A stretch of 64,000 nt of DNA, taken from Coriobacteriia bacterium (GTDB taxonomy: Bacteria > Actinomycetota > Coriobacteriia > Coriobacteriales > RUG033). Each line of letters opens with the position of its first letter. Position 1 is the stretch's first letter. This document shows positions 58,412 through 64,000 of this stretch, piece after piece. The translations under genes were made by a program, and so were the position numbers. The notes beneath the pieces are model-generated. The model saw only the letters and a list, made by a program, of their open reading frames with translations, searched no databases and had not been told where the DNA came from. The stretch is from NCBI GenBank assembly GCA_015655215.1, contig JAATFL010000002.1:813-64812 (forward strand), in the 5' to 3' direction.

Positions 58412-59539
58412 CTAGCTACGATACCCGTCAGGGTTCTTGCTCTGCCAGCGCCAGCTATCCTCGCACATACGTTTGAGATCGTATCGCGCCACCCAACCCA
58501 ACTCGTCACGTGCCTTGTCACAGGCGGCGTAGTTGGTGGCGATGTCGCCTGCGCGGCGCGGCTCGATGCGGTAGGGGAGTTCGCGACCACAGGCCGTGCC
58601 GAAGGCGTGGATCACATCGAGGACGCTCGACCCGGTGCCGGTGCCCAGGTTGAAGATCTCCACGCCGTGGCGGGAACCGTCCGCGTCGGGGATGCCGGCG
58701 ATGGTGCCGAGCGTCGTGGCGACGCCCGTTCCGCATGCGCCCCCCATCCAGTCGAGCGTCATCACGTGACCGCGTGCAAGGTCCATCACGTGGATGTAGT
58801 CGCGCACGCCCGTGCCATCGGGGGTGTCGTAGTCGGCGCCGTACACGTGCACATAGGGAAGTTGGCCCACGGCCACGCGTGCGGTGTAGGGTACGAGGTT
58901 GTTGGGGATGCCCTTGGGGTCCTCGCCGATCAGTCCGCTCTCATGCGCTCCGATGGGGTTGAAGTAGCGGAGCAATACGATGTTCCACTCGGTGTCACCT
59001 ACGTAGAGGTCGGTGAGCACCTGCTCGATCATCGACTTCGTCTGCCCATAGGGGTTGGTCGCGTTATGCTTGGGGCAATCCTCGGTGATTGGAATGAACT
59101 CGGGGTCCCCATAGACGGTGGCGCTGCTTGAGAAGATGAGGTTCTTCACTCCATGCTCGCGCGCGACCTTGCACAGCGTGAGCGTCCCCGTGATGTTGTT
59201 CCAGTAGTATTCGAGCGGCTTCACCACGCTCTCTCCCACGGCCTTGAATCCGGCGAAGTGGATGATGGCGTCGATGGGGTTCTCATCGAAGACGCGATTC
59301 ATGGCCTGCGCGTCGAGGATGTTCGCCTTATAGAACGTCAACTGGTCGTCGTTGACGCCGGTGATTACGCGGATGCGGTTGAGGGCCTCGGAGTTTGAGT
59401 TGCTCAGGTCGTCGGCCACCACCACGCGGTATCCTTGCTCAAGCAGTTCGACACAGGTGTGGCTGCCGATGAACCCGGCACCCCCGGTCACGAGTACGGT
59501 CGTATCGGCGTGGTTCTTGGCCAAGCTTCTATTTGACAT
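58412..59539 (-). CDS. galE: UDP-glucose 4-epimerase
   Basis: VTGGAGFIGSHT, HFAGFKAVGES, FSSSATVYG, YGQTK, LRYFNPIGAH, DGTGVRDYIHV. Confidence 0.96.
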   Translation of the reverse strand: MSNRSLAKNHADTTVLVTGGAGFIGSHTCVELLEQGYRVVVADDLSNSNSEALNRIRVITGVNDDQLTFYKANILDAQAMNRVFDENPIDAIIHFAGFKAVGESVVKPLEYYWNNITGTLTLCKVAREHGVKNLIFSSSATVYGDPEFIPITEDCPKHNATNPYGQTKSMIEQVLTDLYVGDTEWNIVLLRYFNPIGAHESGLIGEDPKGIPNNLVPYTARVAVGQLPYVHVYGADYDTPDGTGVRDYIHVMDLARGHVMTLDWMGGACGTGVATTLGTIAGIPDADGSRHGVEIFNLGTGTGSSVLDVIHAFGTACGRELPYRIEPRRAGDIATNYAACDKARDELGWVARYDLKRMCEDSWRWQSKNPDGYRS

Positions 59540-59785
59540 GGTCGCTCCATTCGTGTTGTTGGTCGATTCGTGGGCACCGCGCCTCTCGGCGATGCACAGG
59601 GGATACGTACGGTTGGGGGGTCCCGCATCGTGCTGGATGCACCCACGTATCGTCAATCCGGGTAGGCTGTCCGCATGACTCCGAACCATCTCTCGACACC
59701 GATGGTGTCGTTATTCCGGGCTTCACACGTACGTGCAAGGCTCTGAAGGCGCTGCCACACAGTGTACACTACCCGTAGATGGCCC

Positions 59786-60358
59786 TCATCGTGGAGGTGT
59801 CGCACCGTGGTCGGCATCGAGGTGGATCTCGGGCATCGGCTGGCCTTTCCGCTTCATGTGGACGAACGTGACGGCGATGAGTATACCCACGAGGGCTCCG
59901 GCGGCGTCGATGAGCACGTCTCGTACCTGACCACTGCGCCCGGAGACGAACAGCTGATGAAACTCGTCGGAGCCTGCGTAGATGGTGGCGAGCACCAGGG
60001 CCGTGAGTGCGCGCCATGCCAGGCTGTGTCGATCGCCGGTTCTTGAAGATGTCCGAGACCGTGCGGCCCATGTATGCAGCACCGCGTTGAGAAGCAGCGC
60101 GCCGAGAATCGCGTATTCGGTGAAATGAGCGCACTTGCGCACCGCGAACTGGTACTGGTCGAGGAGGAGCGCTTGCCGCGCGGTGGACAAGGTGTGGTAG
60201 CCGGGTGTGAACCATCCGATGAGTGTCTGTGCGACGGACCCGCTCATGCCCCCGGAGGCCTCGCCGTTCTCTGTGGACATCCCAAAGATGAAGGCGCACC
60301 ATGCGACGGTGAGGCACCAGGCGAGGATGGTCCGCGATGGGCGGGTGTTGTGTGGCAC
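59786..60358 (-). CDS. VanZ-family membrane protein
   Basis: VRKCAHFTEYAILG and YAGSDEFHQLFVSGRSGQVRDVLID. Confidence 0.92.
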   Translation of the reverse strand: MPHNTRPSRTILAWCLTVAWCAFIFGMSTENGEASGGMSGSVAQTLIGWFTPGYHTLSTARQALLLDQYQFAVRKCAHFTEYAILGALLLNAVLHTWAARSRTSSRTGDRHSLAWRALTALVLATIYAGSDEFHQLFVSGRSGQVRDVLIDAAGALVGILIAVTFVHMKRKGQPMPEIHLDADHGATPPR

Positions 60359-60582
60359 GTGGCAGGTCCTTCTGTCTGTGGACGGGTATCGGGTGATTGT
60401 AGCACGTCGGATCGTTCGAGTGAGGTTTCCATGAAGGTGATGCTTGCGGACACGTGCCTGCAGATGGACGATTTCGCGGGGGCGATCAGACGAGAACCAT
60501 ACCCGTTTCCGTGGTATAGTCGTTTATGTCCGATGAGTCGCAATCAGGTGCCTCGTCGGCATAATTCCGAAGAAGGAGCATC

Positions 60583-61278
60583 ATGGCTGAGGAAACCCCA
60601 CGGACTGCGTGCATCAAGATCGTCGCCAACGGGCCATTCATCGTCGAAGGTGACGTCAAGCTCTCAAAGAAGATCATCACGCCACGCGGTAGGCGATACG
60701 AGTACGTCGATGCGGGCGAGATCGAGCACTCCACCCCCTTCTCGCTGTGTCGCTGCGGTCGGACGAAGACGCCCCCGTTTTGCGACGGGTCGCACGTGGG
60801 ATCCGGGTTCGACGGACGCGAGGTGGCGTCGAAGGTCCCCTATGAGAGGCGGGCCGGTATGATGGAGGGGCCGGGTATCAACCTGCTCGATGACGAGCGT
60901 TGCGCCTTCGCGCGCTTCTGCCATCGTGAGCAGGGAAACATCTGGGAGCTGGTGGCGGCTTCGGATGACGAGACGCTGAGGCAAGAGGTGATAGAAGCTG
61001 CCTGTGACTGCCCGACCGGCCGTCTCACGGCCGTCGACAAAGAGACCGGTGCTCTGATCGAACGTGACGAGCAGCCGGCCATCGAGGTTCTCGAGGATCC
61101 ACAGCGCCAGGTGAGCGGTCCGCTCGCCGTCAAGGGTGGCATCCCGTTGATCGGTGCCGACGGCGCACCCTACGAAGTACGCAACCGCATGGCACTCTGC
61201 CGGTGCGGCCGTTCGCGCGAGAAGCCGTTTTGCGATGCGACGCATGTCGACGTGCAGTACCGAGCGACGCGGGACTGA
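60583..61278 (+). CDS. CDGSH iron-sulfur protein with two CDGSH domains flanking a divergent ferredoxin-like domain
   Basis: CRCGRTKTPPFCDGSH, CAFARFC...CDCPTG, CRCGRSREKPFCDATH. Confidence 0.92.
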   Translation: MAEETPRTACIKIVANGPFIVEGDVKLSKKIITPRGRRYEYVDAGEIEHSTPFSLCRCGRTKTPPFCDGSHVGSGFDGREVASKVPYERRAGMMEGPGINLLDDERCAFARFCHREQGNIWELVAASDDETLRQEVIEAACDCPTGRLTAVDKETGALIERDEQPAIEVLEDPQRQVSGPLAVKGGIPLIGADGAPYEVRNRMALCRCGRSREKPFCDATHVDVQYRATRD

Positions 61279-61295
61279 AGGGAGCGGGAATCGGC

Positions 61296-61784
61296 ATGGC
61301 GCGGCATGGCGTGGCTGGCAAGACGAATGCGATGCGCATGCTCGACGATGCGGGTGTGACCTACCGGGTCGCGACCTACGAGGTGGACGAGGGCGACCTC
61401 TCCGGCGTGCATGCCGCGCAGCTGTTGGGTCAACCGATGGACCAGGTGTTCAAGACGTTGGTCCTCGTAGGGAGGGATGGCGACCACGTGGTATGCTGCA
61501 TCCCCGTCGCCGAGGAACTCGACCTCAAGAAGGCGGCCGTGGCCGCGCGGGACAAGAGCCTTGCGATGCTGCCGGTGAGGCAGCTCGCCGCGGTGACCGG
61601 CTACCTGCGTGGGGGATGCTCCCCGCTGGGAATGAAACGGGCATTCCCCACGTTCATCGATGAGACCTCCGTGCTCTTCGATGAGATAGCGGTATCGGCC
61701 GGCCGTCGTGGCGAACAGGTCATCGTGAACCCAGAGGAGCTCGTCGCCATGACAAGTGCCCAGTTGGTCGACCTGGTACGCTGA
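61296..61784 (+). CDS. ybaK: Cys-tRNA(Pro) deacylase
   Basis: KTNAMRML, QVFKTLV, TGYLRGGCSPLGMK, VSAGRRG. Confidence 0.93.
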   Translation: MARHGVAGKTNAMRMLDDAGVTYRVATYEVDEGDLSGVHAAQLLGQPMDQVFKTLVLVGRDGDHVVCCIPVAEELDLKKAAVAARDKSLAMLPVRQLAAVTGYLRGGCSPLGMKRAFPTFIDETSVLFDEIAVSAGRRGEQVIVNPEELVAMTSAQLVDLVR

Positions 61785-61852
61785 GGGGGCGCGGAAAGCG
61801 TTGCCGCGGTCGATCGGTCGGCAGGGGGTGCATCATGCCGAAACCGAAGTAC

Positions 61853-62416
61853 CTAGGCACCGTGGGCGATGATCTCATCGAGAGTGGCCGGGGCCCAGCC
61901 ATAGAGACCGCAGAACGCGTTGTACATGCGGCAAGGGATGCCGCGCGCGTTCAGGTCGGTTTGGATGCGCTTGACCTCCTCGTACTCGGAGGTCGCATGA
62001 ACATGCCCATAGAGCATGATGCCACCATGGTGGGCATGGTTGTAAAACGGGATGGGGTAGTGCGAGAGCGCGACGTAGAGTTTGGTCCCACCGGGTTGGG
62101 GGACCTTCAGGTCGAGGTAGTCGACGATGCGCAAGAATCGCCCTTTGACGGCATCTCCATGCAGCCAGCGATCGTCGTGGTTCCCACGGACGAGGACGAT
62201 GTGCCCGTGGAGCTGGGCGAGGATCGACTCGGGCTGTCCTGGCTTCATCGACCACATCATGTCTCCCAGCACGTACACGGTGTCGCGTGGGGTGATCCGT
62301 ACATTCCAGCGCTCGATGAGCCCGACGGTCATCTCGTCGGCGTTGGAGAAGGGCCGGTTGTCAAAGGCCAGTAGGTTCTGATGACCAAAGTGCAGGTCAC
62401 TGATGAAGTAATCCAT
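61853..62416 (-). CDS. Calcineurin-like metallophosphoesterase
   Basis: FISDLHFGH, VYVLGD, VRGNHD, LSHYP, LYGHVH. Confidence 0.92.
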   Translation of the reverse strand: MDYFISDLHFGHQNLLAFDNRPFSNADEMTVGLIERWNVRITPRDTVYVLGDMMWSMKPGQPESILAQLHGHIVLVRGNHDDRWLHGDAVKGRFLRIVDYLDLKVPQPGGTKLYVALSHYPIPFYNHAHHGGIMLYGHVHATSEYEEVKRIQTDLNARGIPCRMYNAFCGLYGWAPATLDEIIAHGA

Positions 62417-62562
62417 GAACATCCCCTCGACGTGTATCCTCACCATGATATCGATGTCGACGGCACGGTGCGCGACGAGAGGCGCCGGATAACGGATTTG
62501 CGACCCCGACGTGTGCCTGCTCCCTCGTATGGCCCGGGTTTTGGGCGGTGAGACCCCTGCAA

Positions 62563-62607
62563 TCCCTCATAGCCCAAGGGGGATAGAGCATGGGAAGCCT
62601 GATCCTA
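62563..62607 (+). pseudogene. Degenerate 5' half of a tRNA-Arg(CCT)-like sequence
   Basis: TCCCTCA-TA-GCCC-AAGGGGGATA-GAGC-A-TGGGA-AGCCTGA-TCCTA. D-arm and anticodon-arm spacing match a tRNA, with CCT centred in a 7-nt loop. No T-arm or 3' acceptor strand. Confidence 0.45.
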
Positions 62608-62722
62608 CATCGTAAAGCTTCTTCGGTCCATCCCACCTCGGGTGTCTCTACCAGAGGGGCCCTTTTCATGTATCGCAAACGCAAACCAACGAGCCTTCGT
62701 GATCGATCATTCTCGTTCAGGT

Positions 62723-62758
62723 AAAACAACGCAGCCCGATGCTTCGGACTGCGTTGTT
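62723..62758 (-). terminator. Intrinsic terminator after tRNA-Arg
   Basis: Minus strand: AACAACGCAGTCCGA-agca-TCGGGCTGCGTTGTT then TT. Confidence 0.8.
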
Positions 62759-62764
62759 GATGTT

Positions 62765-62840
62765 TGGTGCCCCCGGGCAGATTCGAACCGCCGACACCCA
62801 GTTTAGGAAACTGGTGCTCTATCCCCTGAGCTACGGAGGC
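62765..62840 (-). tRNA. tRNA-Arg, anticodon CCT
   Basis: GCCTCCGTAGCTCAGGGGATAGAGCACCAGTTTCCTAAACTGGGTGTCGGCGGTTCGAATCTGCCCGGGGGCACCA. 76-nt cloverleaf with encoded CCA. Confidence 0.97.
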
Positions 62841-62850
62841 ATGAATCAGC

Positions 62851-62859
62851 ATTTTATCA
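62851..62859 (-). promoter_or_regulatory. Extended -10 promoter of tRNA-Arg
   Basis: TGATAAAAT (TGnTAAAAT) 10 nt upstream of the tRNA 5' end. Confidence 0.6.
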
Positions 62860-63143
62860 CTTAGATCCGACGTTTCGCACCGAGTAAGGATACCTACCCG
62901 TGAAAGAGCACCTTCTGTAAACCCCAAATGGCTCTCGCCGCCCATTCAGGCGATTCCCCATCCAACCGCTTCTCGAATGGGGATAGAGGTCGTCCATGGG
63001 CAGGTCAAGGCGCCCGGGGCTCTCTCCTGGCATTGACGGAGGACCACTCGGGTGCCAAGCCCGATGGTCTTCCGTCAATCTTCGTGGTATGACGTCCCCA
63101 ATGTGTGCGGGGGGGCCACCGCACGGTGGTCATCGGACTATGG

Positions 63144-64000
63144 TTAGAACATCTCCTTGCTCATCTTCTCGATCTCTTCACTTGCCGTATCGTATACACC
63201 CGGGAAGGAACCGTAGTTCCCGCCCTGGGTCAAGTTCGGGATGAAGTGGAGTTTCCCATTCGCATGGCAAGCTTCCCTCACATGCTCGGCAATCTCCTCA
63301 CGTGACCAGCCAGGGCGATCGACCTCTCCGCTGTTGATGCCCCCCATGAAGGTGAGCTGTCCGCCGTACTGCCCGATGAGCTTCGGAATGTCGTTGCTCG
63401 TCATTACCCCTTGCCAGATGTCTATCCCCATCTCGATCATGGATGGGACGAGGTTGGCTGCATAGGAGTCGCTGTGGTGGACGATCAGCTCGACCCCGTT
63501 GTCCTTCCAGAACCCATATACTCTCTTATAGGCAGGCAAGAGGAATTCACGGAACATCTCAGGTGACAGGAACGAGGATGTCTGACTGCCCCAGTCGTCA
63601 TGATGGAATATCGCATTCGGATGGAGATGGTCGATCAACTGCCGCGCATAGCCCAACTCGTATTCGACCAGATAGTCTATGAGTTCGTGCATCAGCTCAG
63701 GCTCTTCGTATAGATCTGCCATCGCATCTTCCATGCCCATAAGGTGGTGGGTCATCTCGAAGATACCGGGAGCGATGAAGACTCCTGCGAATTGTTCATC
63801 ACGGTCGATGGAGTTCGCATGCGCTATCGCCGGCGCCCATTCTGCTTCCGAGAACTCGACGGAAGGTGCTTTGACATATGTCTTCCACTCGGTGATATCC
63901 TTCAACACCCTGTGCTCGTCATCTTGCACGGGGAATGCACCGATCTGGCCCTCTGGCCACGTGAAGGTGATGCCCCAGCCGTCTTTGACGGTGGTACCGG
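63144..64000 (-). CDS. Uroporphyrinogen decarboxylase / MtbA-like corrinoid methyltransferase family protein, 5' end outside window
   Basis: DGWGITF, GIFEMTHHLMGME, HHDDWGSQ...LSPEMFREF, HHSDS, FMGGIN. The frame stays open to the window edge. Confidence 0.85.
   Translation of the reverse strand, partial: GTTVKDGWGITFTWPEGQIGAFPVQDDEHRVLKDITEWKTYVKAPSVEFSEAEWAPAIAHANSIDRDEQFAGVFIAPGIFEMTHHLMGMEDAMADLYEEPELMHELIDYLVEYELGYARQLIDHLHPNAIFHHDDWGSQTSSFLSPEMFREFLLPAYKRVYGFWKDNGVELIVHHSDSYAANLVPSMIEMGIDIWQGVMTSNDIPKLIGQYGGQLTFMGGINSGEVDRPGWSREEIAEHVREACHANGKLHFIPNLTQGGNYGSFPGVYDTASEEIEKMSKEMF

Noticed and set aside
62765-62790. tRNA-Arg as attachment site of an integrated element
   Set aside because: No duplicate of the tRNA 3' end and no integrase were found by eye in the window.
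1-64000. CRISPR array, IS element or prophage
   Set aside because: No regularly spaced repeats, transposase, integrase or phage structural genes were seen.
63144-64000. Heme-pathway hemE
   Set aside because: The sequence has HHDDWG/HHSDS features of the broader UroD/MtbA-like family. The N-terminus is missing and no hem genes are adjacent.

Overview
GC-rich anaerobe, most likely Coriobacteriia (Actinomycetota). This is inferred from gene content: multi-TM LuxR regulators paired with Tat-lipoprotein flavoproteins, and a GltD-linked [FeFe]-hydrogenase. From left to right: (i) 1-32 kb is an anaerobic-respiration region with five intact membrane-bound LuxR regulators, three Tat-exported FAD oxidoreductases and a dmsABC-dmsD-dmsC2 operon. 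It also holds a catalase, an XRE/Ser-Thr kinase/lipoprotein trio, a GGDEF-EAL protein and two decayed gene relics. (ii) 32-37.6 kb is a surface-polysaccharide control/attachment cluster (Wzz, Wze, Wzb, SPQTG-anchored protein, class B sortase, LCP, NusG paralog) with no glycosyltransferases. (iii) 37.6-40.2 kb is a Fic plus SixA-CHAD operon. (iv) 40.3-58.3 kb is the most interesting part: an aldehyde:ferredoxin oxidoreductase in the same co-oriented gene run as a HydC/HydB/HytD-like electron-bifurcation module, a group A2-type [FeFe]-hydrogenase and an ABC importer. Next to it are two MoeA paralogs and an Fe-ADH. The three nucleotide-binding enzymes each show NADP(H)-type sequence signatures. 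(v) 58-64 kb holds galE, VanZ, a CDGSH protein, YbaK, a phosphoesterase, tRNA-Arg(CCT) with a nearby degenerate tRNA half, and a partial UroD-family gene. No CRISPR array, integrase or transposase was seen. All calls come from reading motifs by eye; no database searches were run.
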